From assembly GCF_002087085.1 (NCBI RefSeq), contig NZ_MWQY01000009.1, positions 1-64,000 of the forward strand: 64,000 nt of DNA. Reading direction: 5' to 3'. Of this stretch, positions 28,960 through 39,700 are shown in pieces. The notes under the pieces were generated by a model. The model was not told the origin of the DNA. It searched no databases and saw only the letters and a list, made by a program, of their open reading frames with translations. The position numbers and the translations under genes are program-made. The number at the start of each line of letters is the position of its first letter. Position 1 is the first letter of the stretch.

Positions 28960-29172
28960 TCAGGCGTTCTTTTCGAGGCGGGACCTCTCCTTCATGGCTT
29001 CCTTGACCGCTTCGGCTGTAATAAATCCCTTACGCACCGCAATGCGTCCGAAGGCTTCATAATCGTCCTCGTCCAGGTTTTTCTGTTCTTCCGCCACAGC
29101 CCGCTCTTCTTCCACTGAGAGCAGTCCTCTGGCAACCAGAAACTTTCCTATGGGTACTCTTTTTTTCTTCAT
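28960..29172 (-). CDS. 70-aa protein made of two MshEN-like repeats
   Basis: PIGKFLVARGLLSVEEERAVAEEQ and AFGRIAVRKGFITAEAVKEAMKER resemble RLGxxLxxxGxIxxxxLxxxLxxQ; SD AAAGGAG. Confidence 0.65.
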   Translation of the reverse strand: MKKKRVPIGKFLVARGLLSVEEERAVAEEQKNLDEDDYEAFGRIAVRKGFITAEAVKEAMKERSRLEKNA

Positions 29173-29224
29173 ACTAACCGCTCCTTTACGCATTCCGCGT
29201 ATTTTTTCAACCTTTATGGTTTGA

Positions 29225-29252
29225 TTGTCGTCAGCTTGCCGGTTCCGGTTGA
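29225..29252 (-). promoter_or_regulatory. putative sigma28 promoter of the MshEN-like gene
   Basis: TCAA-N16-GACGACAA, same geometry as upstream of fliS. Confidence 0.45.
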
Positions 29253-29297
29253 TACCACCCCTTGAGGTGTGCCGGAGTTACCATCTATAGTACAGCA

Positions 29298-31436
29298 ATG
29301 CAAATGCTTTCTGTCCGTGCAATCCCCCTGCCCCATTGCGAAGATCTCCTTTCTGCAGAGATCAGCCGGATGGGAATCACCGTTACCGCTTCCGGACCCC
29401 GGGGTGTGGAGTTCTCCGCGGCATTCGAACCAGTCTACCGACTCCTAATGGAGAATCGTAGCGCAACTCGCATTATAATTCCAGTTTCGTCCTTTACTAT
29501 AGATACTGCCGATGAGCTCTACGGGCAAATTCGGAATATCCCCTGGGAGGATCATATCTCCCTGGATTCAAGCTTCCGCATTGACGGAAACGTAAAAAGC
29601 AGCCTTTTCCGGCATACAAATTTTCCGGTTCTGAAGATCAAGGACGCCATAGTCGACCGCCTGAGAGAAATCTTCGGGAGCCGCCCGGACGTGGATACCG
29701 ACAAACCCGGCACCATCCTGGCTGTCCGTATCCATCATCAGGAGGTGGATATATCCGTTGACATCGGCGGCGGGAGCCTTCATCGACGGGGTTACCGCGG
29801 GAAAGGAATCCCCGCCCCCTTACGGGAGAACCTGGCAGCGGCCGTTCTCTACCGGGCGGGCTGGCCTGAAACAGCGGCATCGGGAGGCGGATTCTACGAT
29901 CCCTTCTGCGGAAGCGGCACCCTCTGCATAGAAGCGGCCATGATGGCGGGGGGAATCGTTCCCGGTCCCCTGCGTCCCGATCAGGGAGGACTGGGCTGGC
30001 GTCAGCACGACCGGGAGCTTCTGGAAAGACTCCGAAAAGAATACCTTCTGTCAAACAGGGAGGCCTGCAACAGGCTGGCAAAGTCCCCTGTCTCCATTGA
30101 AGGCAGCGACATAGACCCGGCAGCCGTCAGCATCGCCCGAAAAAGCGTCCTGCGTGCCGGGCTCGAGGGAATCGTGCATATTCACGAATGTCCGGTTCAC
30201 AAAGCCTCTCCCCGACGGGGAACCGTGCCGGGACTGATCGCGACCAATCCCCCCTACGGCGAACGACTGGAGACGAGTACCCAGGCGGAGATCATCTATA
30301 CGGATCTGGGACTCAGCGCCCGCCGCGCTTTTCCGGGCTGGAGGATATCCTTCCTCTCTCCGGACAAGGAGCTGGGCCTCGCCACAGGCATACAGGCTGA
30401 AAAGGTGCACAAGCTTGCCAACGGACCGATCCCGGTACAGCTTGTCCACGCGAAAATTGAAGAGTACAGCCCCTCCCAGGGCACACAGATGTTCATGAAC
30501 CGGCTCAGGAAGAACCGTAAGGCCCTGAAACGCTATATAGCTGATGGCCCGGTCAGCTGCTACCGCCTCTACGACAAGGACATGCCGGAATACGCCTTTG
30601 CCGTGGATATCTATGAAGAAAAGTGGTGCCATCTGCAGGAATACGCCGCCCCGGCCCAGATTGAAGACCGGGCAGTCCGACGCCGTCGCAGGGAGGCAGT
30701 TGAAGGGCTTATACAGTATCTGGACATCGGTTCGGAGGGGATATTCCTGAAGGAACGTCGGAAACTCGGCGTCAGCGATCGTTACGGACGGCAGAATCCC
30801 TCGGACACTGGGAGCGGACGCCTGATCTGCCGTGAAGGGGATCTTCGTTTCTTCGTCAATTTTTCCGAATACCTGGATACCGGTCTCTTTCTCGACAGCC
30901 GGGAGCTGCGACGGATTATCCGCGACCTTTCGAAGGGGAAACGTTTTTTGAACCTATTCGCCTACACCTGCAGCGCCACTGTAGCAGCCGCCGCGGGAGG
31001 GGCTGAATCCAGCCTGAGCGTGGATGCCTCTTCCCGTTACCTCCAATGGGGACAGGACAACCTTCGTCTCAACCGCATGGATACGGGAAAACACCGCATA
31101 CGGCAGGCGGACAGCATCGATTTCCTCCGTTCCGCCGCCAGAGGGAAAGAACGCTTCGATCTGGCCTATATCGATCCTCCCACCTACTCGAATTCCAAGG
31201 ACCGGCGGCGGGACTTTGATGTGCAGAGAGATCACAGGGAACTCATTGATCTGACGTCGAAAATCATGCGCCCCGGGGGAACGATTATCTTCTGTACCAA
31301 CTTCAGCCGCTTTGAACCGGATGCGGAACTTTTTGACCGGTATAAGGTGGAAGAACTCAGCTCAAAAAGCATACCCCCGGATTTTTCCCGGCGCAGCAGG
31401 ATTCATCGGTCCTTCCGAATCGACATTTCTGCATAA
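29298..31436 (+). CDS. rlmKL: bifunctional 23S rRNA m2G2445/m7G2069 methyltransferase
   Basis: THUMP domain, LHRRGYR, APLRENLAAA, DPFCGSGT, NPPYGERL, YRLYD, YLDTGLFLD, DPPTYSNSK; start ATG 29298. Confidence 0.93.
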   Translation: MQMLSVRAIPLPHCEDLLSAEISRMGITVTASGPRGVEFSAAFEPVYRLLMENRSATRIIIPVSSFTIDTADELYGQIRNIPWEDHISLDSSFRIDGNVKSSLFRHTNFPVLKIKDAIVDRLREIFGSRPDVDTDKPGTILAVRIHHQEVDISVDIGGGSLHRRGYRGKGIPAPLRENLAAAVLYRAGWPETAASGGGFYDPFCGSGTLCIEAAMMAGGIVPGPLRPDQGGLGWRQHDRELLERLRKEYLLSNREACNRLAKSPVSIEGSDIDPAAVSIARKSVLRAGLEGIVHIHECPVHKASPRRGTVPGLIATNPPYGERLETSTQAEIIYTDLGLSARRAFPGWRISFLSPDKELGLATGIQAEKVHKLANGPIPVQLVHAKIEEYSPSQGTQMFMNRLRKNRKALKRYIADGPVSCYRLYDKDMPEYAFAVDIYEEKWCHLQEYAAPAQIEDRAVRRRRREAVEGLIQYLDIGSEGIFLKERRKLGVSDRYGRQNPSDTGSGRLICREGDLRFFVNFSEYLDTGLFLDSRELRRIIRDLSKGKRFLNLFAYTCSATVAAAAGGAESSLSVDASSRYLQWGQDNLRLNRMDTGKHRIRQADSIDFLRSAARGKERFDLAYIDPPTYSNSKDRRRDFDVQRDHRELIDLTSKIMRPGGTIIFCTNFSRFEPDAELFDRYKVEELSSKSIPPDFSRRSRIHRSFRIDISA

Positions 31437-31492
31437 GACTGGCGTTCAGAATCCTTGCACAGATTCTGCATGGAGAGTAGGATAAGGAAAGT

Positions 31493-32260
31493 ATGAAAGA
31501 GAACAACTTGGAAAAGCTCGCGGTGCTTATCGATGCCGACAATGCTCAGGCTTCGATTATCGACGGGCTCCTGGCGGAGATTGCCAAATACGGGACCGCC
31601 AGCGTAAAAAGGATATACGGCGACTGGACAAGCCAGAAACTGCGAAGCTGGAAGGAGACCCTTCTGGATTATTCCATTCAACCTATACAGCAGTTTAGCT
31701 ACACCACCGGCAAAAACGCTACGGATTCGGCCATGATCATCGACGCCATGGATCTGCTGTACACCGGAGACATTGACGGTTTCTGTATAGTCTCCTCGGA
31801 TTCGGACTATACCAAGCTCTGCGCCCGATTACGGGAAGCAGGTAAAACGGTATACGGCTTTGGAGAAAAGAAGACTCCCAAGCCTTTCGTTGCCGCGGTC
31901 GACAAATTTATCTACACAGAGATACTCCGGGAATACTCCGAGGAGGAAGAGGATGACGAGGAGACCAGCAACAAGCGGCGGATGACCATAAACGAACTGC
32001 GCCAGGACTCCAAACTTGTCCATATTCTGCGAACGGCAGTGGAAGCCTCGGCCGACGATTCCGGATGGGCCTACCTGGGGAACATCGGCCAGAACATAGC
32101 CAAGAAAACCCCGGACTTTGACCCCAGAAACTACGGTTTCAAGAAACTGAGTGATCTTATAACAGCCACCAATCTTTTTGAAATAGAAGAGAAGGTTCAG
32201 AACAACGCCCCGGGTAAACAGATTTACTTCAGAAGGGCTCCGCGGAAAAAGCGTAAATAG
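31493..32260 (+). CDS. NYN (LabA/DUF88) domain protein with C-terminal OST-HTH/LOTUS domain
   Basis: LIDADN, YGDW, GKNATD, DAMD, SSDSDY, and C-terminal PDFDPRNYGFKKLSDL. Confidence 0.9.
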   Translation: MKENNLEKLAVLIDADNAQASIIDGLLAEIAKYGTASVKRIYGDWTSQKLRSWKETLLDYSIQPIQQFSYTTGKNATDSAMIIDAMDLLYTGDIDGFCIVSSDSDYTKLCARLREAGKTVYGFGEKKTPKPFVAAVDKFIYTEILREYSEEEEDDEETSNKRRMTINELRQDSKLVHILRTAVEASADDSGWAYLGNIGQNIAKKTPDFDPRNYGFKKLSDLITATNLFEIEEKVQNNAPGKQIYFRRAPRKKRK

Positions 32261-32275
32261 GATCTTGATGGTCTG

Positions 32276-32304
32276 AAAAAAATAAGCCGGTCGAACGACC
32301 GGCT
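32276..32304 (-). terminator. intrinsic terminator of the small membrane protein gene (may also serve NYN)
   Basis: Minus strand AGCCGGTCG-TT-CGACCGGCT followed by TATTTTTTT. Confidence 0.7.
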
Positions 32305-32435
32305 CAGGCTCCTTCTTTCTGATCCTCCAGGGGATCTTTCTCTTCGCTGTTCCATCTGAAGAGTCCAAGGAAAATACATCCGAAAATACTTCCAAATAAA
32401 ATCATGTATCCCACAGAAAACGCTGCATCGAGCAT
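32304..32435 (-). CDS. small single-pass membrane protein (43 aa), not in the ORF track
   Basis: MLDAAFSVGYMILFGSIFGCIFLGLFRWNSEEKDPLEDQKEGA; SD AGGGAG 8 nt upstream; terminator immediately after the stop; alternative ATG at 32441. Confidence 0.7.
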   Translation of the reverse strand: MLDAAFSVGYMILFGSIFGCIFLGLFRWNSEEKDPLEDQKEGA

Positions 32436-32638
32436 TAACATTTCTCCCTGGTCTTTTTCGCTGAATAGAGCATATCACACTTTATGGAAATTACAAAAGA
32501 TGTTCATGTGGATATATTGTGAATAATGTGTTGATACCTGAACGGGCGTGTAGTTTTCGTTGTTTCCACTTGCCCATGAATAGAAGGAGGGGTAGACTGT
32601 TTCCTGACAAAGACTCTGCTGTAAAGTGAGGAATTTTC

Positions 32639-33832
32639 ATGAAAATCGTCTTTGCTACCGACACCTATTGGCCACGATGCAACGGGGCGACCGTCTCCAT
32701 AGACGCATTTAAACGGGAATTCGAAAAGATGGGCCATGAAGTTCACATCATCGCCCCGGAATATCCAAACATGAAAAACACCTCCGATCCAGGCATTCAT
32801 CGGTTCAAATCCTTCCAGTTTATCTTCAGCCCGGAGGACCGTCTGGTCTGGAAAACTGAGCGATGGAAGATTTTCCGGCTCCTTAAAAGTATTCAGCCCG
32901 ATATCATTCATTGCCAGACCGAGTTTGACCTTTCCATGATGGTCCTGAAATACGGACATAAACGGAATATTCCGGTGGTCTTTACCTGTCATACCTACTG
33001 GGAAGAGTATATCAACCTCTACCTCCCTTTCCCCGACAAGATCGGGCGCCAGGTGGCCCGGAGCATGCAGCGCACAGCCCTGAAGTCCGTGGACCGGGTT
33101 ATAACCCCTACCGAACCGATGAAGCAGGTACTGCTCTCCTACGGGATAAAAAAGCAGATTGACGTGCTTCCCACGGGAGTTCCGGAAGAGGAGTTCGGGA
33201 ATGTGGACCGGGAAGAGACCAGAAAAAACTCCTTTCTTTTTGCGGATTATCCCTTTTTGAAGGACCATCCGATTCTGCTGTACGTAGGGAGGGTCACCAG
33301 GGAAAAGAATATGGATTTTATTCTGGATCATTTCAGGATAATCCAGGAAACCCATCCCGAAACACGCCTCGTGATTACCGGAGGAGGCCCATATCTGGCG
33401 GATCTGAAGAAGCGGGCGGTCAGAGAAAACCTGAGCGACAGGATAGCCTTTACCGGCTATGTGCCAAGGGACCGGGTAAAAGAACTCTACGCTCTGGCAA
33501 ATGTTTTCGTTTTTGCTTCGAAAACGGAGACCCAGGGTCTGGTAACAATAGAAGCCATGATGAGCGGAACACCTGTGGTGGCCATCGGAGAAATGGGAAC
33601 CAGGATTGTGATGAACGGCGACAACGGCGGTTTTATGGTGCCCGAGGATCTCCAGCTCTTTTCCGCCAGGGTTCGGGAGCTGCTGGACGATCCGGATTTA
33701 TGGAAGCGAAAATCCCTGGAAGCCAGGGAGTATTCCAGAAACTGGAGCAGCCGCAGCATGGCAGAAACCCTGAACGCAATTTATCTTGAGCTGATCGAAA
33801 AGAAACGTGAAGAGCAGGCTCGAACACCTTGA
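32639..33832 (+). CDS. GT4 glycosyltransferase (monoglycosyldiacylglycerol synthase-like)
   Basis: TDTYWPRCNG, HTYWEEY, YVGRVTREKN, FASKTETQGLVTIEAM. Confidence 0.88.
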   Translation: MKIVFATDTYWPRCNGATVSIDAFKREFEKMGHEVHIIAPEYPNMKNTSDPGIHRFKSFQFIFSPEDRLVWKTERWKIFRLLKSIQPDIIHCQTEFDLSMMVLKYGHKRNIPVVFTCHTYWEEYINLYLPFPDKIGRQVARSMQRTALKSVDRVITPTEPMKQVLLSYGIKKQIDVLPTGVPEEEFGNVDREETRKNSFLFADYPFLKDHPILLYVGRVTREKNMDFILDHFRIIQETHPETRLVITGGGPYLADLKKRAVRENLSDRIAFTGYVPRDRVKELYALANVFVFASKTETQGLVTIEAMMSGTPVVAIGEMGTRIVMNGDNGGFMVPEDLQLFSARVRELLDDPDLWKRKSLEAREYSRNWSSRSMAETLNAIYLELIEKKREEQARTP

Positions 33833-33863
33833 CAGACCGGAGGTAAGGCCGGAGAGTAGGAGT

Positions 33864-34745
33864 ATGGACAAGCTTCGTAAATGGCTGGATACCTCCCTGC
33901 CTGATGTTGTCAGCCAGATCGAGAAGAGTATCAACTCGGAATACCATCTGGAAGACGACGATTCCCTGTCGATTACCGCCCGGGACGAGATATACCGAAT
34001 TCTGGATACCCTTCATTCCGTACTTTTTCCAGGTCGCTATGGGGTCCGCTGTCCCGCCACCGGCGAAGACCTCCACTTTTTCCTGCACACCTCCCTTCTG
34101 GAGGCAGCTGCCCTCCTGAAGCAGCATCTGAACAGGATTTTCTCCAGGGAGACCAAGGACGAGGACCAGCGGGAAGAGCGGGTAACCCGGGTTATATCCA
34201 CCCTCTTTCAGGATCTTCCGTCGATTCGGGGACAGCTTATCGACGACATCCGCTCCGCCTACGACGGAGACCCGGCGGCGGCTTCCTTTGATGAGATTGT
34301 CCTGAGTTACCCCTTTATCGAGGCCATAGCGACACACCGCGTGGCACACTGTCTCTACCGACAGAAGGTCCCGATTATTCCGAGAATCATGAGCGAACGG
34401 GCTCATTCAAAAACCGGGATAGATATTCATCCCGGAGCCCGGATCGAACCCGGGTTTTTTATCGACCACGGCACGGGTGTTGTAATCGGAGAAACCTGTA
34501 CCATCGGCCGGAATGTAAAAATCTACCAGGGGGTTACCCTGGGGGCCCTTTCTCCCTTCGACAAGGACGGCACGCCTAAAAGAGGTCTGAAGCGTCATCC
34601 GGATATTGAGGACGACGTCATTATCTACGCCAACGCTACCATTCTGGGCGGTAAAACCGTCATCGGCAAGGGCTCGGTTATTGGGGGAAACACATGGATT
34701 GTAAGCTCCGTAGCTCCAGGTTCAGTTATCTACAATAAGGAATGA
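33864..34745 (+). CDS. cysE: serine O-acetyltransferase (EpsC-type)
   Basis: GDPAA, TGIDIHPGA, FIDHGTGVVIGET, YQGVTLG, KRHP; start ATG 33864. Confidence 0.92.
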   Translation: MDKLRKWLDTSLPDVVSQIEKSINSEYHLEDDDSLSITARDEIYRILDTLHSVLFPGRYGVRCPATGEDLHFFLHTSLLEAAALLKQHLNRIFSRETKDEDQREERVTRVISTLFQDLPSIRGQLIDDIRSAYDGDPAAASFDEIVLSYPFIEAIATHRVAHCLYRQKVPIIPRIMSERAHSKTGIDIHPGARIEPGFFIDHGTGVVIGETCTIGRNVKIYQGVTLGALSPFDKDGTPKRGLKRHPDIEDDVIIYANATILGGKTVIGKGSVIGGNTWIVSSVAPGSVIYNKE

Positions 34746-34756
34746 CACAATCTTTA

Positions 34757-34833
34757 TACCTACATTTATGTATATATAAACATAATTACCTACATTTTTG
34801 TAGCTAAAGAAAATAACAGATACATTCCTGAGG
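34757..34833 (+). promoter_or_regulatory. putative enhancer (upstream activator) sites for the amtB sigma54 promoter
   Basis: TACATTTATGTA (34761), TACATTTTTGTA (34791) and degenerate TACATTCCTGAG (34821), exactly 30 bp apart. Confidence 0.6.
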
Positions 34834-34921
34834 GCCGGATAAGCTTAGTCTTCATAAACCGTCTCCTGTTAATTATTTGTGCAGCAAAGACTTATTTGTT
34901 GACACCCAATCCAGGCAAAAC

Positions 34922-34938
34922 TTGGCATGTCTCCTGCA
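34922..34938 (+). promoter_or_regulatory. sigma54 (-24/-12) promoter of amtB-glnK
   Basis: TTGGCATG-TCTC-CTGCA with GG-N10-GC spacing. Confidence 0.75.
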
Positions 34939-34979
34939 TTAACAAAGATGAATTGAACACATCCTTTGTGGAGGAGTCT

Positions 34980-36335
34980 ATGAAACGAATCTTCGTAATT
35001 GTTGTCCTGCTTGCCCTGGCTTCCATATCCGTGGTTGCCGATGAGCTAAGCGACACCCTCGCCCTGTACAGCGATGCCTTTGACATGATCTGGCTGATAC
35101 TGTCCGCGGCTCTTGTATTTTTCATGCAGGCAGGTTTTGCCATGGTCGAAACAGGATTGACCCGGGCAAAAAACGCCTCGAACATTCTCATGAAAAACCT
35201 GATGGATTTTTCAGCCGGTGCTGTTGTCTTCTGGGCCCTCGGCTGGGGACTCATGTACGGCGCCGACGCCCTGGGCGGATTTCTGGGGAGTGACGGCTTC
35301 TTCCTCGCCTACACCGCCGAGTCAATGGAAGGCTACGGTGTATCCGACATGTCCGCCATATTCAGGGACTGGATGTTCCAGGTCGTCTTTGCCGCCACTG
35401 CCGCGACAATCGTCTCCGGGGCCATGGCGGAGCGGACCAAGTTTTCCGCTTACCTTGTCTATTCGGTATTTATCTCGGGCCTGCTCTATCCCATCTCCGG
35501 ACACTGGATATGGGGCGGCGGCTGGCTCGCGGAGCTCGGGTTCCACGATTTTGCAGGGTCCACCGTAGTACACTCGGTAGGCGCCTGGGCCGCCCTCGCC
35601 GGGGCCATTGTTCTCGGTCCCCGGATCGGAAAATACGTCAAGGTCGGCGACAAGGTGAATGTCAGGGCCATTCCCGGGCACAATATGCCCCTGGCTGCCC
35701 TGGGTGTATTCATACTCTGGTTTGGATGGTACGGCTTTAACGCCGGTTCCACCCTCTCCGGGACGGACCTGTCCATAGCAGCGGTCGCAACAACCACGAC
35801 CCTGGCGGCTTCTGCGGGAGCCATTCTGGCCATGACAACTTCCTGGATCTGGTTCGGTAAACCCGATCCCTCCATGTCACTGAACGGCGCCCTGGCGGGA
35901 CTGGTTGGAATAACCGCTCCCACGGGGGTAACGACTCCCGGAGCAGCCATTCTGATCGGCGCGATTGCGGGTATACTGGTTGTCGCCAGCGTGGAGTTTA
36001 TCGACAAGGTGCTGCATATTGATGATCCGGTGGGTGCCATTTCCGTCCACGGGGTCTGCGGAGCCTGGGGCACCATGGCGGTGGGGCTCTTCTCCAGTAA
36101 CCCCGACGTTGGTCTGGGCCTGTTTTACGGCGGAGGGTTCTCCCTTCTCGGCGTACAGCTGCTTGGAATCGCGGCCGTTTTCGCCTGGGCCTTTCTGGGT
36201 GCCCTGCTGCTGTTCACGATAATCAGGGTGAGCATTGGCCTAAGGGTAAGCGAAAAGGAAGAGATGCAGGGCCTGGATATCGGCGAGCATGGAACTGAGT
36301 CCTATTCGGGCTTCCAGATTTTTCAGAACATGTAA
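34980..36335 (+). CDS. amtB: ammonium transporter
   Basis: [58 protein letters not shown]; start ATG 34980 after GGAGGAG. Confidence 0.96.
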   Translation: MKRIFVIVVLLALASISVVADELSDTLALYSDAFDMIWLILSAALVFFMQAGFAMVETGLTRAKNASNILMKNLMDFSAGAVVFWALGWGLMYGADALGGFLGSDGFFLAYTAESMEGYGVSDMSAIFRDWMFQVVFAATAATIVSGAMAERTKFSAYLVYSVFISGLLYPISGHWIWGGGWLAELGFHDFAGSTVVHSVGAWAALAGAIVLGPRIGKYVKVGDKVNVRAIPGHNMPLAALGVFILWFGWYGFNAGSTLSGTDLSIAAVATTTTLAASAGAILAMTTSWIWFGKPDPSMSLNGALAGLVGITAPTGVTTPGAAILIGAIAGILVVASVEFIDKVLHIDDPVGAISVHGVCGAWGTMAVGLFSSNPDVGLGLFYGGGFSLLGVQLLGIAAVFAWAFLGALLLFTIIRVSIGLRVSEKEEMQGLDIGEHGTESYSGFQIFQNM

Positions 36336-36346
36336 GGAGGTTGGGG

Positions 36347-36688
36347 ATGAAGTTAATTATTGCGTACATTCAGCCCGACAAACTGAACGAAGTAAAGCAG
36401 GAGCTCTATCGTGCGGAAGTCTACAAGATGTCCGTAACCAACGCCCTGGGATGCGGGCAGCAGATGGGTTTTACCGAAACATACCGCGGAGTGGCGATAG
36501 AGGTAAACCTGCTCAAGAAGGTCCGGATCGAGATTGCCGTCAATGATGATTTTGTGAAGAAAACCGTCGACGCCATCATCAAGGGGGCCAAAACAGGGAA
36601 CATTGGAGACGGTAAGATCTTTATTGTACCCCTGGAAGAGACAATACGCATCAGAAGCGGAGAGACCGGTTCTGATGCCATAGGATAA
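36347..36688 (+). CDS. glnK: P-II nitrogen regulatory protein
   Basis: T-loop [31 protein letters not shown]; follows amtB. Confidence 0.92.
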   Translation: MKLIIAYIQPDKLNEVKQELYRAEVYKMSVTNALGCGQQMGFTETYRGVAIEVNLLKKVRIEIAVNDDFVKKTVDAIIKGAKTGNIGDGKIFIVPLEETIRIRSGETGSDAIG

Positions 36689-36716
36689 AGAAAGAGTATT
36701 TAAAAAACCATGCCAT

Positions 36717-36743
36717 GCCCGCCTCTTGCAGGCGGGCTTTTCT
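36717..36743 (+). terminator. intrinsic terminator after glnK
   Basis: GCCCGCCT...AGGCGGGC followed by TTTTCT. Confidence 0.75.
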
Positions 36744-36788
36744 TACTGTGCCCTTCCGTAAGAACAGTATTTTCGGTAATGTGAAGAA

Positions 36789-39700
36789 ATGAACTTCCTT
36801 GAACGAATAGAAAAGGGCCCTGTCATCTTCGACGGAGCTATGGGGACACAGATACAGAACCTGAACTTGAGTGATACAGACTGGGACAACAAACCCGGCT
36901 GCAGCGAAATCCTGAACCTGACGCTTCCTGATACCATAGAAGAGATACACCGCCGTTATCTCGAGGCCGGGGCGGATGTTATAGAAACCAATTCCTTCGG
37001 CGGGAACAGGATTGTCCTGGCGGAATACGGTCTCGAGGATCGGATTGTCGAGATAAACCGCGCCGCTGCCCGGATTGCACGAAGGGCGGCGGATGCATAT
37101 TCAGACCAGGAGAAACCGCGCTACGTTGCAGGTTCCATGGGCCCGGGAACAAGGCTCCCCTCCCTGGGGCAGATCAGCTTTGATGAGCTCTATGATTCCT
37201 ACCGGCTCCAGGTCCAGGGCCTCATAGAGGGGGGCGTGGACCTTCTCATAATCGAAACCTGCCAGGACCTGCTCCAGATCAAGGCCGCCCTCATCGCGGC
37301 CCTTGACCAGCGCACCGATATGGGGGTCTCCACCCCCGTGGGAGTCTCTGTTACCATCGAGACCACCGGCACACTGCTGATCGGCTCCAGTATCGGAGCG
37401 GTCATTACAGCCCTCTCCCCCTTCCCTCTGGCCTTTCTGGGACTCAACTGCGCCACCGGCCCTGACAGAATGCGAAGCTATATTCACGAAGCCTCGAGGC
37501 TCTTCCCGGGACCGGTATTCGTCATGCCCAACGCCGGCATGCCGGAAAACCGGGGCGGACAGACGGTCTATACCCTGGAACCTGCGGACTTTGCCCGTCC
37601 TCTGGCGGAAATGGTCGGTTCCGAGGGAGCAGCAATCATCGGCGGCTGCTGCGGGACGGATCCTTCCTACATTGCCCAGCTCTCCCGGCAGATCGCCTCC
37701 ATTACACCTGCAGCCAGAACAATCCAGCCCATGGAAGCAGTCAGCTCCCTCTTTACAGAAAAGGAGCTTACCCAGGAACCGGCACCCTTCCTCATTGGAG
37801 AGCGCACCAACACAAACGGCTCGAGGCTGTTCCGGAACAAACTTCTAAAAGAAGACTGGGACGGGATTCTCGACGTCGCCCGGGAACAGGCCGCCTCGGG
37901 AGCCCATGCTCTGGACCTGTGTGTCGCCTACACCGGACGTGATGAGATCCGGGACATGAAAGAAGCCCTGTCAAGGATAGTAACCCAGGTCGATCTGCCC
38001 CTGGTCATAGACTCCACCTCTCCTCAGGTTATTGAAGAGGCCCTCAAGATGATCGGGGGCAAGTCCATCATCAACTCCATTAACCTGGAGGACGGCGAGG
38101 AGCGGGCCAGGAAGATTTGCCGCCTTGCCAAACGCTACGGTTCGGCCCTGATTGCCCTGACCATTGACGAAAAGGGAATGGCCAAAGAGGCTTCCAGAAA
38201 AGAGGAGATAGCGAAGCGCATCTACAGAATGGCTGTTGAAGAGGAGGGAATTCCCGCCAGGGATCTGCTCTTCGATACCCTCACCTTCACCCTCGGCAGC
38301 GGAGACGAGAGCCTGCGTACTGCCGGAACAGAGACCATGGAAGGAATCCGCAGGGTAAAGAAAAGCTGCCCCGGGTCGCGCACCGTACTGGGAGTCAGCA
38401 ATATCTCCTTCGGACTCTCCCCCTACTCCCGGGAGGTTTTGAACTCGCTCTTCCTGGACGAGGCAATACAGGCGGGTCTGGATGCCGCCATTGTAAATGT
38501 GCGTAAGATCATGCCCTTGAGCTCCATTCCGGAGGATGAGAAAAGGCAGGCCCTGGACCTTATATATAACCGGGGCAAAGATCCGCTTTTCGGATTCATC
38601 CGTTTCTTTGAAGGCAAAGAGGGCAAGGTACGAGAGGAACTCGACGACTCCCAGGGAACCCCGGAGGAACGGCTCTCCCGAAGGCTTATCGGCGGAAGCA
38701 AATCCGGTATCGAAGAGCTTCTTCAGGAACTCATGAAGCAGATGTCCCCGACGGATATCATAAACACCCTTCTTATTCCCGCCATGAAGGAGGTCGGCCA
38801 GCTCTTCGGTTCCGGGAAAATGCAGCTCCCCTTCGTACTGCAGTCCGCTGAAGTCATGAAGAAGGCAGTATCATACCTGGAACCCTTTATGGAGAAGACC
38901 GAAGCCCAGGCCTCCCTGCAGATAGTACTTGCAACCGTCAGGGGAGATGTCCACGACATAGGCAAAAACCTGGTGGACATTATCCTCAGCAACAACGGCT
39001 ACGTGGTCCATAACCTGGGGATAAAATGCGAAATCGAGACCATCATCCGGAAGGTGGAAGAAACCGGTGCCCAGGCCGTGGGCTTGAGCGGGCTTCTTGT
39101 CAAATCAACGGCCATTATGAAGGAGTATCTGGAAGAGATGGAACGCCGGGGAATCCACGTTCCCGTTCTGCTGGGAGGAGCGGCCCTTACCCGGGACTAT
39201 GTAGCCAATGACTGCGTACCCGCTCTTTCTGCCCCGGTTGTCTACTGTCCGGATGCCTTCGCCGGTCTGGCAGCCATGAACAGTCTCAAGGAGGGCAGCC
39301 TGCTCTCCACAAAGGCAGCAAAAAGGGCCGCACCTCTGAAACGGACAGCTTCGCCGGAGGCAAAAGACGCCCCGCTCCAAAAGGTGGCCATACCGAAAGC
39401 CCCCTTTTACGGTTCCCGGACGGTTACGGAGATTCCCCTCGAGGAGATCTACCCACTCCTGACGGAACAGGTCCTTTTCCGGGGACGCTGGGGGTACCGA
39501 AGAGGTACTTTATCGGCGGAAGAATACGAGGAACTTCTTCGAGGGGAGGTACGCCCGCTGTTTGAACAGCTGAAGGAGAAGGGAATCAGGGAAGGCCTTT
39601 TCGAACCCAAAGTGGTGTACGGTTACTACCCTTGCTACAGCCACGGCAACGACGTCGTTATACTCAATCCGGAAACAGAAAAGGAGGTGGGACGCTTCAG

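Noticed and set aside
36690..36788. SAM or cobalamin riboswitch upstream of metH
   Set aside because: The gap holds only a terminator and promoter, with no aptamer motifs
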